64,000 nt of DNA from a virus. Its lineage: Duplodnaviria > Caudoviricetes. The DNA lies in IMG/VR virus record IMGVR_UViG_3300049844_000087, positions 1-64,000 of that record. The stretch is one strand, 5' to 3'. The stretch's first letter is position 1, and each line of letters opens with the position of its first letter. Shown here piece by piece: positions 20,137 to 30,197 of the stretch. Below the pieces are notes generated by a model, which did no database searches, was not told the DNA's origin, and worked only from the letters and a program-made list of their open reading frames with translations. The position numbers and the translations under genes were made by a program.

Positions 20137-21749
20137 AATTTTCTCCCAGGTATATTCTCTAGAACTGATTTAACTACTGTGGTTGACTGCATAGTGTCAA
20201 TTGCGTTCAGCACATTGTTGGCTTCATAGCAACCACGAATGACTGAAAAATCTGAAACAAAGCTTATGTTACCGCTTGCGAACTGTTCGTAGGTGTGAGT
20301 GTACCCTTCTACATGAAACAACTGTTTGATGTCTGAGATATAAATATTAGACCCAACAGAGACATGCTCATCTAAACCTTCAACAGAAACTACGCCGTTG
20401 TAATATCTCTCAGAATTAAAAAACCATTCTGAAAGAAGATCCACACACAAATTACAGTAAGCTACGAAAGCTTCAGACTTGTTTGCAGCATAGGGAGTTT
20501 CCACTACTAGGGATCGTAGACCATGTCGTTGAACGCTAGGAGGATTGATCGCTGATTTGTACGCCTCTGGATAAGGCGTTTCAATTCTAGGAACTACAAC
20601 TATGTGATTGATGCGTTCTGCATCAGTCATAGATAGACTTTTTCGTTTGATTATCGAAGAGTCGAATGATGTTCTACGAAGAGCGTGTAAAAATGATCGC
20701 TTCTCAGCGGGAACAGATGTTGATATTTTCAAATTGCCACTGGACACAGAGTAAGGTAATTGCCTAAAGATTAGAGAAGGTTTCAAACCTTTTGGAGTAA
20801 AATCCAAATCGCAAAACAACTCATTTAATGCTGCGTTTGAATAATAAGAGAGAACTTGCCAAATGCTTCCCGAAGCTGGCAAATTTTGAATGATGACATT
20901 TCCAGGAAGTTTGCCTTTGCTAATTCCTTGTCCGCCAGCTAAACCTACAAAAGTCGTGTAGTCAAAGATGTCGATAAATGATGGTTTAGTTTTAGTTTGT
21001 ATGTCAACTCCAAAGTACGCTGCCAAAGAAGGCGGAATGTACCAGAGTTCGTGCTCAGTGTTCTTTTTAGAGAATAGACCACCGTAGTAAAAACTGACCA
21101 AAGCTTTAATTACTTCATCAGGAGTTGGAGTAGCTGACGCACCTACAATCTTTAAAGAGTCTGATAAAAAGTCCGCACCAAAATAAGTAGCCGCTTGTTC
21201 TGCATTCATTACAGGATTATGAAAAATCTGAGTCTCAAACACTTTTCCAAAATCTTTTCCGGTAATGGAAAAGTATTGTGAAGGAACTCCTGTTTGTGGA
21301 TTATCGACTTCTTCTATAGTTACTTTTTCCACAATCCCTAACATCTTTATGTTTTTCTTTCCAACTTTAGTGTCGGTTTTGGACATGTAGATTATTACCC
21401 AATCACCAGGAGAAACTTTCTCGATGTAATTGATCATAGGTTTCGTGCTGTACTCGTCGGTATCTTTTCCAACTTTACCCGCTTTGAGTAGCATAGAAAA
21501 TGATCCGGCATGACTGCCTTTGTCCTTGTTGACTGAGCACCGAACGATGTCGTTATTAACAACCATCACAGGTCGTTCTTTGTTACTTGCTTCAAAATCT
21601 CCACCAATCTTATTATTGGCATCAAGCTTTACAACTTGTGGAGTAGCTCTATCCCAACGGTAAAAATGAGCCTCACACGTTGGACGTGCTGCGTTCAATA
21701 ACGCTGTAGTTCCTGGTACTGCTGGACGACGTAAAGGAGTATTCTTCAT
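20133..21749 (-). CDS. Baseplate hub protein (gp27-like)
   Basis: 538 aa, between tape measure and spike; ITGKDFGK motif. Confidence 0.6.
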   Translation of the reverse strand: MKNTPLRRPAVPGTTALLNAARPTCEAHFYRWDRATPQVVKLDANNKIGGDFEASNKERPVMVVNNDIVRCSVNKDKGSHAGSFSMLLKAGKVGKDTDEYSTKPMINYIEKVSPGDWVIIYMSKTDTKVGKKNIKMLGIVEKVTIEEVDNPQTGVPSQYFSITGKDFGKVFETQIFHNPVMNAEQAATYFGADFLSDSLKIVGASATPTPDEVIKALVSFYYGGLFSKKNTEHELWYIPPSLAAYFGVDIQTKTKPSFIDIFDYTTFVGLAGGQGISKGKLPGNVIIQNLPASGSIWQVLSYYSNAALNELFCDLDFTPKGLKPSLIFRQLPYSVSSGNLKISTSVPAEKRSFLHALRRTSFDSSIIKRKSLSMTDAERINHIVVVPRIETPYPEAYKSAINPPSVQRHGLRSLVVETPYAANKSEAFVAYCNLCVDLLSEWFFNSERYYNGVVSVEGLDEHVSVGSNIYISDIKQLFHVEGYTHTYEQFASGNISFVSDFSVIRGCYEANNVLNAIDTMQSTTVVKSVLENIPGRKL

Positions 21750-24082
21750 TATTGTCCTTTAGATCGACCACTACCTGAGTATGTGGGATTTTGAATCTGT
21801 TGCATGTTCATATCCTTCAGTACCTCATTAAATACTTTGACTGCATCTGAGAAAGCAGTCTTCAAGCGGTCCAAGTCTTTAGCAGTATTTTCGATAGCTG
21901 TTTTAAACGTGGTTCGACCTAAGTCAACCTCCGCTTTAGCTAACTGCGCATTTCGCACAGCCATGCCTTGCTCTTGACTTCCAGCTACTTCTTGATTAGT
22001 CATGTCTACGCCAGCCTTCAAAGTTCCAGCTTTAGTTTTCTCTAGGAAAGCTAGATTTTGTTCAGTTGGCAAGCCCGATGACTGCGACATTAAAAGTGCA
22101 GTAGGAGTGCCTAAGAGTTCTTGAGCTTTCTGACTATTCTGTGCTTTGTTCTGAATAAGCTCAGACAAGAATTCTTTTGCTTTTGGATTCGCTGCTAATT
22201 CTGGAGATACCGCTTTCATGGCGTCTTCTACAGTTGCATTTTGACTTAACCTAGACAAGTTTCCGAAATCTAGGCCGCCCAAATTAATACCGTATTTTTT
22301 GCTGGTATCTTGTAAATTTAAAATGTTACCTAAGCCGCCGAGTCCACCTTTACCAAAACTTGCTTGGTATTGTTGGTCCATTGCTGTCTTAGCTTGCTGC
22401 ATTGAAGTGTCATCAATACGACCTTCACCAAAAGCTGATGCCAGTGAAGTAAACCTATCAGTTATAGTTCCAGTGTTGGTTTTTGCATACAGCGTACTGC
22501 CCTGCAATACACTTGAAGTTTCTTGTAAGAATTTAGAAGTTTTACTGCGATCTAGTCCATTAGCCATTGCACGAGAGATAACCATCTCAGTGCCCATAGC
22601 ATTTACACCATAAGCTTGACGATTAGCACCAGTTAAAGACTGGATCATCTGTCCAGTATCTCCAACACTTGCTCCAGTGTTTAAATTGATTCTTCGAGCA
22701 GTATTAATAGAAGACGCAGCACCTTCGTTACCTAGCATATCCTGCAAGGTTCCGTATTGCTGAGCAGCTTCTCCAGGACTAAATCCCATAGCCGCAGCTT
22801 GAGCTTCATTGAGATTCAACAGGGCAGATGAACCACCACGCTTAATCATGTCAAGACGTTGACCATTCAAAGCCATTGCTGCATTAGTAGCATCTTGAAG
22901 AGGTTGTGTTTCTTTTTGGAATCTTGCTGCTCGTTTCTCTGACATTCCCATGTAAGAGTCGATGCCTTTATAAATGGCTCCACCAAGACCGCCGATCAAG
23001 GCTCCTACTGCTGTACCCAAACCAGGAATGATTGATCCCAATGCTGCGCCTGTCAAGGCTCCAGCACCAGCACCCATAACGGCTCCGCCAGCAGCGGCTC
23101 CAACATGGCTCATGCTAAATTGACGACCGCTGTCCCTACTGTATTGAGATACAAACTGTCCACCTAAAAGGTTGGAAGTTGATTCGTGTCTTCGACTTGC
23201 TTGAAGCATTTTATAATCTTCAAACGCATTGGCTGCACCCATCATAGCGCCGCCAGCGGCCATCAAGCCGCCAGTACGTCCAAGCATTCTAAGAAGACCG
23301 CCGCCACGACCGCCCATGCCGCCCACGGACTCTGCTAAAGCACGAGCCTTATCATCAGACACGCCCATTGTTCTAGCAATCCTAGCAGTCACGGATCTAT
23401 CTAATTGCGATTTACGAACCTGATCCTCAAGGTGTTTTTTCTTTAGGAATTCAAAACGTTCTGCAATTGACTTTTTCTCGGAGTTTAAATCCTTCTGGCG
23501 CTGCGCCTCTTGACGTTGAATCTCTTTCTGTTCTATCTTAAGCTTCTGAGCTTGCTCACGCTGTTGCTTAACTTCTGCTCGTTTCGATTCTTGTTGCTCT
23601 CGTCGTACTTTTTGTTGTTCTTCTTTTTGCTTTTGAGATTCAACTCGTTTCGCTTCTTTTTGCTCAGCTTTAATCTTTTGAGCCTGTTCTTTCTCAATTA
23701 GAGTTTCGTTTTGCTTGATTTCTTTTTCAGTAGTCTTCTGTATCCGCTGCTCTTCTTTTTTAGCTTCTTCTTGCTTTCGAGCAGCCATCTTGCTCAGTTC
23801 ACGAGTAGCCTTCTCTTGCTCACGAGTAACTTCTTTCTGACGTTGTGCAAATGCCTTCTCAGTCTGATCTTGTTCTTTCTGACGCTGCCTATAAGCGAGG
23901 TTAATTTGCTTTGCTTTTTCCAAATCAGCAGCAACACCACTCTTTTTAGTAGCTTGTGTTCCTGGAGCACCTGTGACACCACGGCCAACGCTCTCTAGGT
24001 CTTTCTTTAAACCCGCAATTTCAGATTTGAGTTTTTGAGTGCCGAGGCTTACCTCTAGCACTAACTGTTTTTTAATGTCCAT
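21749..24082 (-). CDS. Tape measure protein
   Basis: 777 aa; helical K/E/Q N-terminal half, G/A-rich hydrophobic GAAAGGAVMGAGAGALTG...IPGLGTAVGALIGG segment; follows tube and chaperone genes. Confidence 0.8.
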   Translation of the reverse strand: MDIKKQLVLEVSLGTQKLKSEIAGLKKDLESVGRGVTGAPGTQATKKSGVAADLEKAKQINLAYRQRQKEQDQTEKAFAQRQKEVTREQEKATRELSKMAARKQEEAKKEEQRIQKTTEKEIKQNETLIEKEQAQKIKAEQKEAKRVESQKQKEEQQKVRREQQESKRAEVKQQREQAQKLKIEQKEIQRQEAQRQKDLNSEKKSIAERFEFLKKKHLEDQVRKSQLDRSVTARIARTMGVSDDKARALAESVGGMGGRGGGLLRMLGRTGGLMAAGGAMMGAANAFEDYKMLQASRRHESTSNLLGGQFVSQYSRDSGRQFSMSHVGAAAGGAVMGAGAGALTGAALGSIIPGLGTAVGALIGGLGGAIYKGIDSYMGMSEKRAARFQKETQPLQDATNAAMALNGQRLDMIKRGGSSALLNLNEAQAAAMGFSPGEAAQQYGTLQDMLGNEGAASSINTARRINLNTGASVGDTGQMIQSLTGANRQAYGVNAMGTEMVISRAMANGLDRSKTSKFLQETSSVLQGSTLYAKTNTGTITDRFTSLASAFGEGRIDDTSMQQAKTAMDQQYQASFGKGGLGGLGNILNLQDTSKKYGINLGGLDFGNLSRLSQNATVEDAMKAVSPELAANPKAKEFLSELIQNKAQNSQKAQELLGTPTALLMSQSSGLPTEQNLAFLEKTKAGTLKAGVDMTNQEVAGSQEQGMAVRNAQLAKAEVDLGRTTFKTAIENTAKDLDRLKTAFSDAVKVFNEVLKDMNMQQIQNPTYSGSGRSKGQ

Positions 24083-24630
24083 TAAAATCTATTTCCCTTT
24101 TTGCAATTATCGGATTTAGAAAGATATTGAAGATTTGTTTCAATGTGTAGTCCACAAATATTTTTACCCTTTAAAGGGATAACGTGATCTACTTCCATAC
24201 CGATAGGACAGTTTAAATAAATCTGCTCTATTTTTTGTAAATCTGCCCATTTAGGCGTTGCCTTTAAAAGTCGAGCACGTCTTGCCGCTTGAATTTTTCT
24301 GTGCTGTTCAGGATTAAGTCTTCTCCAATTATCTTTTATTAAATTACTTTGCTTTCGATTAGCTTTGGCCCATTTTTTATTTTTTTCATCTAAACGATCT
24401 TTGTGAGTTTGGTAGTAACGTTTTGCATATTCTGGGTCATTGAATTTTTCTGCGTTTTCCTGTCTATACTGTTTATTATAATTTTGTCTTTTAGGATTAG
24501 ATTTCGTCCAAGCTTTAAAAAGTTCAGCTCTACAGCATTTACATTCATTTCTATAGCCATCTTTATAAGCCTTAGACTTGGCCATTTCTTCTAACGGTTT
24601 TTGTCTGTTGCAACGTTTACAAAGCTTCAT
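24082..24630 (-). mobile_element. HNH homing endonuclease
   Basis: N-terminal CKRC...CKCC; C-terminal EVDHVIPLKGKNICGLHIETNLQ; inserted between chaperone and tape measure genes. Confidence 0.8.
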
Positions 24631-25079
24631 TCTTCATCCTGCGAGTCAAACGTACTCAGCTTAGGAAATTCTGTAGTAATTCGGTCAGGTAGCTCTCTTA
24701 ACTTAGCCCGAAGTTCTTGGTCTTTGTTACGACGCTTATCCTTTTGACTTTCTTCATATTGTAGCATTCCTTGGACCATCTCTTCGTCGGTAACGTACTC
24801 CTCTTCCATTTCTTCTCGGAGCCAACGTTCGTAATCATCCTCGCCATCGGTGATCAATCGTTCTATAGTTTGCGGATCGTCTTGCAACTTGTGCATGTAA
24901 TAGAACGTAACCAACTCTTCAAGAGTCAGTTCTTGTAAACGTTCATCATTGGGAGTAGTCTCAAACTTCGTACAAAACCAAGCTATCAAATACCGCTCCA
25001 GACCTTCCATCGAAGCAGTATTGGCATTCACCATTTCGTGAGCCGCTTTTACAAAGTTGAGAACGCCGAGCTTCGACAT
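24627..25079 (-). CDS. Putative tail assembly chaperone (second)
   Basis: 150 aa, acidic and helical, AGAGGT RBS, expected position upstream of tape measure. Confidence 0.5.
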   Translation of the reverse strand: MSKLGVLNFVKAAHEMVNANTASMEGLERYLIAWFCTKFETTPNDERLQELTLEELVTFYYMHKLQDDPQTIERLITDGEDDYERWLREEMEEEYVTDEEMVQGMLQYEESQKDKRRNKDQELRAKLRELPDRITTEFPKLSTFDSQDEE

Positions 25080-25092
25080 CCAAAACCTCTAA

Positions 25093-25512
25093 TTACTTGG
25101 CTTTACTAGCTTTGTCAGCCTTTACGCTTTCTTTAAGCTCTTCTTTAGCTTGCTCTTGATTTCCCCAGACCTTTTCAGTCCACTCGTTTTCAAAATCAAC
25201 ACAAGCCTTATAAACGTCAAAGATAACGTTTGTATCATAAAGATCCAACCCAAAGTCGGCTTTCTGCCACCAATCAGGTGTCTGCGACAGGGAATAGCGA
25301 AGATTTGCCAAAACATCATGGATGAACTTAGTGTCATCATCAAGATTCTTGAGGTCTTCGTTTAGGCGTGCTGCGAGCTTAGCAGCATTAGATTTTGCTC
25401 GTAAATTAGGACGTTTATAGGTGAACGTGCCTTGAAACTGCTGTCCTGTGTCGGACCCTTTCACGTCGATTGTGAAAGTCTTCTCCATAGAGGGGAGGGT
25501 AGTGATACTCAT
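25093..25512 (-). CDS. Putative tail assembly chaperone
   Basis: 139 aa, AAAGGAG RBS, position after the tail tube gene. Confidence 0.55.
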   Translation of the reverse strand: MSITTLPSMEKTFTIDVKGSDTGQQFQGTFTYKRPNLRAKSNAAKLAARLNEDLKNLDDDTKFIHDVLANLRYSLSQTPDWWQKADFGLDLYDTNVIFDVYKACVDFENEWTEKVWGNQEQAKEELKESVKADKASKAK

Positions 25513-25584
25513 AAATGCTCCTTTATTATATTATTGCCAGTTACCTGACTTCTTCATCATATCACATGATAAAGCTAGGAGCAC

Positions 25585-25618
25585 AAAAAGTAAAGGGCTA
25601 GACCTAAGTCTAACCCTT
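25585..25618 (-). terminator. Intrinsic terminator after tail tube gene
   Basis: AAGGGTTAGAC-TTAG-GTCTAGCCCTT followed by TACTTTTT. Confidence 0.85.
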
Positions 25619-25757
25619 GTAAAATGCTGGTTCTGTCTATTCAACCCTTCCGGTCAGGCTGTCAGCAAGTTGTTTTACGTTTTACCCCATTCCTGGGCAC
25701 TAGAGGTAAGATTTTCGTGTGCCGTCAGGTTAGAACCTATAAGCCTATCGTTTCAGC

Positions 25758-26171
25758 TTAGAGAGAGCCCTCGTCATCTTGTTTAATTCCAACAAATGAC
25801 AAAGTAGTTTGACCCAATGAACGAGCGTCTACGTTGAAATCCTCTTGAGTACATTTTACTCGTTGGATCAACATTAGAGTGGCTCCAGTGATTCGATCTA
25901 CCAATTCAGCAGTCAATTCAGGTTGTGTCAGGATGTCTTGCAGTCTAGGACGCAAGCCAAGAGCCATAGCAGACTGATTTGAAACTCGAAATTGAGTTGC
26001 ACTGAAATTCACTGTGTAACCAGTCTCGGCGTACTCAGCGGGTTCCAATTGATCGAGAACATCTACAGGTTGGTGTGCGTGAGCGACTGTGTAATTCAAA
26101 GAATTAGCAAAAGCAATCTTTTGCCCATTTACTCTAAATACAATCCTTGCACCAGTTGAAGTTTGACTCAT
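25758..26171 (-). CDS. Tail tube protein
   Basis: 137 aa, beta-rich (TGARIVFRVNGQKIAFA...), follows sheath, has its own strong terminator. Confidence 0.8.
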   Translation of the reverse strand: MSQTSTGARIVFRVNGQKIAFANSLNYTVAHAHQPVDVLDQLEPAEYAETGYTVNFSATQFRVSNQSAMALGLRPRLQDILTQPELTAELVDRITGATLMLIQRVKCTQEDFNVDARSLGQTTLSFVGIKQDDEGSL

Positions 26172-26183
26172 TTTATTCTCCTA

Positions 26184-26465
26184 TTACGACTCAATCTCAG
26201 CTTCTAGTGCATCACCAGCTTCTTGCGAAGCCATTGCAACATCTAGAACTTCTTCGTTTTGTTTACTGACTTGTCCACCAGCGGCTTCGATCTGAGCCTT
26301 AACATCGGCGGCAAGTTCTTTACTTGCCAGACCGCTTGCCAAAATTCTCTCAGTACGTTTAGAAAGGGTAGCATCGCTAAGCATAGCTGCTTCCATTTCT
26401 TTTGCGGCTTTCTTGTCGCAAAGCATGATTTCCAATTCTCGTCTTTGTTTTTTAGTCAATGCCAT
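26184..26465 (-). CDS. Hypothetical helical repeat protein
   Basis: 93 aa with three ~29-aa pseudo-repeats; GGTAGGG RBS. Confidence 0.55.
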   Translation of the reverse strand: MALTKKQRRELEIMLCDKKAAKEMEAAMLSDATLSKRTERILASGLASKELAADVKAQIEAAGGQVSKQNEEVLDVAMASQEAGDALEAEIES

Positions 26466-26478
26466 CTTGCCCTACCTT

Positions 26479-28290
26479 TTACGCACTCTGACGAATATTG
26501 TCAAGAGTGATTCGGTTAAGGATGAAGTCAACACCTTGAACTGGAGTGATTGTGATGTCGATTACAGCAGTGTTGCCGTTGATCGTTACCAACAAGTTCT
26601 TAAATCCAAGATTATCATTTGTGTCGTCTCCGACAATGATATTTGCTCTAAGGAATGAATCCATGATAGAGATGACTGTGTTCTTGATTGCTTGAGCAGT
26701 TCCAGTTGCAGCCTTATTTCCGATGAAGATAGCTTCCAACTGTTGTCTTAGGTTATAAGCAACATAGTCAGCAGCTTCAATAACAGAAACTCGGTTCCAA
26801 ACAAAATTCGCATCAATTCCGTAAGTAGTGTTGTGAACTACTACTCGGAAACCGCCGCTGTCAGCTTCTTCCAAAGGCAACAATCCGGCATCAATAGCCA
26901 AGTCAATTTGAGTCTTAGAGTTGTAATCTTGGTGCTTAATAGCGTTGGCGTTTACAAACTTGAACGTAGCAGGAGTTCCTACTTCTGTTCCAGCCTGGAT
27001 ACCAGCTACCATACAAGCAGCTCCCCAAGGATCAACAAACTTCAAGTTGCCATCTGCACCCAAGACTTGAACATCTTGGAACAACATTGACGCACGTTCG
27101 TGATTCAATGCTTGTGAAGCAGTTTGCATAGCCGCAAAAGCACCTTTCTTAGAAACGTAACAGTTTCTTTCAGATCGGTTTTTAGTATTTGAAGCGGTAA
27201 TGCAATGTGTCAAAGCTTGCAAGTTTACAGCGTCAACAGTGAAAGTAGAAGCGGGATCAGTGTCTCCACTTGCGATCAATGCTGAAGCGTCTTGAGAAAT
27301 CAAAGGAACAACTTCATTACAACGAACTGCCAACAAAGCATCGAAAGCTGCCTGGAAGTTTGAATTCGCAGAAGCTCCTCGTACAGCGCCAGACAAGAAG
27401 ACAGGTCCTACGTTTGCAGGAAGTCCTTCGGCATTCGCCACTTGAGACATAGTAACCAATTGTGATTGGCTATTAACGATGTCAAGCAACTCTTGTTGTG
27501 CTCTTCGCAGAGTTTTCGCAGAAGTCTTTACATCCAAAGCTGTGCTGATAAAGTCAAGAGAAGAAGCAGAAGTAGACTTTGCGTTTTGGAATGAGGTTGA
27601 TGCTGAGTATGAAGCATTTGAATCAATAATGTCAACCAAATCCTGTACTGATTTTCCAGGAAGTGAAATGCTCAAATTGTCAGCAGGAGTAGAAGATGTG
27701 GTTGCTACCAACGTCTTTACACCGCTCAAATTTTGAATAGTGATTGTGCAGCTTGCATCTGCGCCAGTGTATTGCATTTGCATTACAGCAGCATAAGCAT
27801 TTTCAGTAAGAGTCTCGGTAACACCGTTCTTCTTAATAGTGAATACTTTGTTATTTGCAGACGAACCGTTTGCTACTTGAATGTTGATCAAATTCTCATC
27901 TTCGCCAAAGTTAGCAGAAGTGAGAGTGAACAAATTCGCAGGAGCAGAATTCTGTAGAATTTTAGACGCTTGCGTAGAAGCATTGGTCTTGTAGACTCGG
28001 ATCATCGAAGCGCCGTTTGGAACTCGATTGTCACGAGCAGGTGCTACTAGCAATCTAGCTGCATCTACGATAGGACCGGATTTATATTTTGCGATCAACG
28101 AAGCAATATCTTCGCTGGTAAACGTTTGCACGCCATCGCTCGATCCAGGCGCACCACCGAGAGCTTCACCAACAATGGCTACAACACCAGTCGCAGACAG
28201 TGGAAAACCGCCGGACAGGTTGACTCTGGTTTGAGAGTATGCGCCAGGTTTAGCGATACTTGCTCCGTTAAAATTAACTCTAATTGCCAT
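26479..28290 (-). CDS. Contractile tail sheath protein
   Basis: 603 aa; KPGAYSQT, AIVGEALGG, RVSVIEAADYV, QQLEAIFIG, ITITPVQGVDFI motifs. Confidence 0.9.
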   Translation of the reverse strand: MAIRVNFNGASIAKPGAYSQTRVNLSGGFPLSATGVVAIVGEALGGAPGSSDGVQTFTSEDIASLIAKYKSGPIVDAARLLVAPARDNRVPNGASMIRVYKTNASTQASKILQNSAPANLFTLTSANFGEDENLINIQVANGSSANNKVFTIKKNGVTETLTENAYAAVMQMQYTGADASCTITIQNLSGVKTLVATTSSTPADNLSISLPGKSVQDLVDIIDSNASYSASTSFQNAKSTSASSLDFISTALDVKTSAKTLRRAQQELLDIVNSQSQLVTMSQVANAEGLPANVGPVFLSGAVRGASANSNFQAAFDALLAVRCNEVVPLISQDASALIASGDTDPASTFTVDAVNLQALTHCITASNTKNRSERNCYVSKKGAFAAMQTASQALNHERASMLFQDVQVLGADGNLKFVDPWGAACMVAGIQAGTEVGTPATFKFVNANAIKHQDYNSKTQIDLAIDAGLLPLEEADSGGFRVVVHNTTYGIDANFVWNRVSVIEAADYVAYNLRQQLEAIFIGNKAATGTAQAIKNTVISIMDSFLRANIIVGDDTNDNLGFKNLLVTINGNTAVIDITITPVQGVDFILNRITLDNIRQSA

Positions 28291-28306
28291 TTTTTACTCC
28301 CTCTTA

Positions 28307-28519
28307 TCAGTAAGACTTGAAGAGTTCATCAAACTCTGTTCGGGTTGCACTCGACATTCCGTTAGCTTCAGCGTGCTGTCGCATGGGCGGTTTGTGGTGA
28401 GCTAAAACCTTTCGTTCCTTCAAAAGAACCTGAAAGTACACGTCAAACGTCATTTCCTCAGACTCTTCCATTAGATTATCAGCTTCTAGTTCTACTTTTT
28501 TGAGTTTCTTATCCTTCAT
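28307..28519 (-). CDS. Hypothetical protein
   Basis: 70 aa, AGGGG RBS, upstream extended -10. Confidence 0.55.
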   Translation of the reverse strand: MKDKKLKKVELEADNLMEESEEMTFDVYFQVLLKERKVLAHHKPPMRQHAEANGMSSATRTEFDELFKSY

Positions 28520-28562
28520 TGTTACCCCTGTATTTTAGCACAGTCTTTTGGCCGTTTTCAGG

Positions 28563-29489
28563 CTACTCATCCTTGGGCTTGACCACTGTCGTGGATGTTG
28601 GTGTTATGCCGTCTGGCGCTCTAATAGTCAGATCAAAGTTATCAATCAGACTTACCTGCTCCTGATTCCAATCGAATTCGGTTATGCAGTTGACTTCCAT
28701 AAAACGGCTAAAAACATTTTCGCCTTGATACTCATCGGCCCTATCAAAAATACCGCCGACTCCAAAGTCCAGGTGAATGCCACGTTCAATTAAAGAGTCC
28801 ATTCTGGACTTTAAAATGTAAGTGAGTAAATAATACAGGTACTTTGCAATATGCACATCATTGCGAGCATGAACGCCTAAAGAGATAGTCTCTTCCAGTC
28901 TGATCATACGTCTAGCTATCCGTTGAACCCTGATACTACTAATAATCTCACCTGGGTCTACCAAATTGGGGGTATTGCCACCTTTACCAATATTGATATA
29001 TTTATTCCCAGCTAAGTTACTGTTTCCACTACCAATTGTAAATTCTACACCGTCTGCGTCAACAAAGATCATTCCAGGAAATACAGGGCCTAAATTGACA
29101 CTGGGGTCTATTTGAAGTTTTCCTGTGACCGGATCATACGATAAAGGCTGAACATTGGCCACTCGCACTATAGGGTCAATTTCCGTATCCACTTCTTCAA
29201 AGTCATTACTGAATTGTTGAAGTCTTGGTGTCTCAGAACTCTTAGTTATTTGAATTGAGATACAGGGCGTATTGGTAGGTACTTGAGCAAAAGAGTGGAC
29301 TATTTTTACTTGATTCTGTTGGATAAAGGTTTTAAGCTTGGTGATGTGCGGATCGCCGTATTGGGTATTAAACCAAGTTGCGGTGAACTTGCTAAAGATG
29401 TCATCTAAAACAGTAGGATTGGCTCGGAGAAATCCGATACCATCTCTGATAACTGTTTCGATCACAAATTCAGTAAGTGGGGCACCCAT
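28563..29489 (-). CDS. Putative tail terminator/neck protein
   Basis: 308 aa, position between head-closure genes and sheath. Confidence 0.5.
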   Translation of the reverse strand: MGAPLTEFVIETVIRDGIGFLRANPTVLDDIFSKFTATWFNTQYGDPHITKLKTFIQQNQVKIVHSFAQVPTNTPCISIQITKSSETPRLQQFSNDFEEVDTEIDPIVRVANVQPLSYDPVTGKLQIDPSVNLGPVFPGMIFVDADGVEFTIGSGNSNLAGNKYINIGKGGNTPNLVDPGEIISSIRVQRIARRMIRLEETISLGVHARNDVHIAKYLYYLLTYILKSRMDSLIERGIHLDFGVGGIFDRADEYQGENVFSRFMEVNCITEFDWNQEQVSLIDNFDLTIRAPDGITPTSTTVVKPKDE

Positions 29490-29492
29490 TTA

Positions 29493-30197
29493 TTATCTCC
29501 CTAAGAAACTATCTATCATAGTAGCAAACAATTGCTCAACTTCCAAGTCCAACCTATCTAGCACTTTTTGGCCAGAATAAGGGCTCGAAGGCCACACGGA
29601 ATTCTCTCCAACTCGTCGGATAGTCATATAAGCTACGGAACTATCTTTTTCGTTCTGTGACTTAATTAACCCCTCGACCTTCTTAGCCCTGGCTACCATT
29701 CGCTCTTCTTGCTCTACAGCTTTACCTCGGGAAAACTTTACTTGTTTTCGTTCCGGCTGGGAAAACTGCTTTCGTAATTCGTCGGCATTCTTAAATGATT
29801 GAACCTGAAATTTCTGTCCTTGAATAGATACGTTACCTGCGGAATCAGCATCCTTGTGCATTGGTACATCAACGTAATTTTTACCCTCTGCCTTATTGTG
29901 CTGAGCCCTGTTGCCTTGCATGATCATGCGAGAAATCTCGCCAGTCTGAATGCCGTCTTCCATCATATTGGCTAGTTTGCCTTCTACAGATATGATGTAT
30001 AAACCGTCTTCGACTTTTGCAAACTTATAGCCTTTAGACCAATTCTTAAATCCACTAGCGCCAAACGATTGACGAGCGTATTCTAGACCTTTCATATAAA
30101 GGGCATTAGCTGTCGCTGCTCCAGCAGCTTTCACTTTTGGCTCTAGATCAGCAGTAATGTCATCGACATTCAAATTTAATTTAGCTTTTATTCTCAT
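29493..30197 (-). CDS. Putative neck/tail completion protein
   Basis: 234 aa, position in head-tail joining block. Confidence 0.45.
   Translation of the reverse strand: MRIKAKLNLNVDDITADLEPKVKAAGAATANALYMKGLEYARQSFGASGFKNWSKGYKFAKVEDGLYIISVEGKLANMMEDGIQTGEISRMIMQGNRAQHNKAEGKNYVDVPMHKDADSAGNVSIQGQKFQVQSFKNADELRKQFSQPERKQVKFSRGKAVEQEERMVARAKKVEGLIKSQNEKDSSVAYMTIRRVGENSVWPSSPYSGQKVLDRLDLEVEQLFATMIDSFLGR

Noticed and set aside
23400-24000. Low-complexity repeats in the tape measure N-terminus (and similarly the scaffold)
   Set aside because: Explained by K/E/Q-rich coiled-coil coding, not DNA-level repeats
25145-25165. Slippery heptamer G GGA AAT near the end of the tail chaperone gene (lambda G/GT-type frameshift)
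   Set aside because: The -1 frame hits TAA after four more codons (25147-25145), so it cannot fuse to the next ORF, which has its own RBS
25620-25757. c-di-AMP (ydaO) riboswitch call from GCTGAA, TGGGGT and GACAGC words
   Set aside because: Lacks the GGAGGAACC and AGGG/CCCG elements and lies in a 3' trailer; kept only as an unassigned structured RNA
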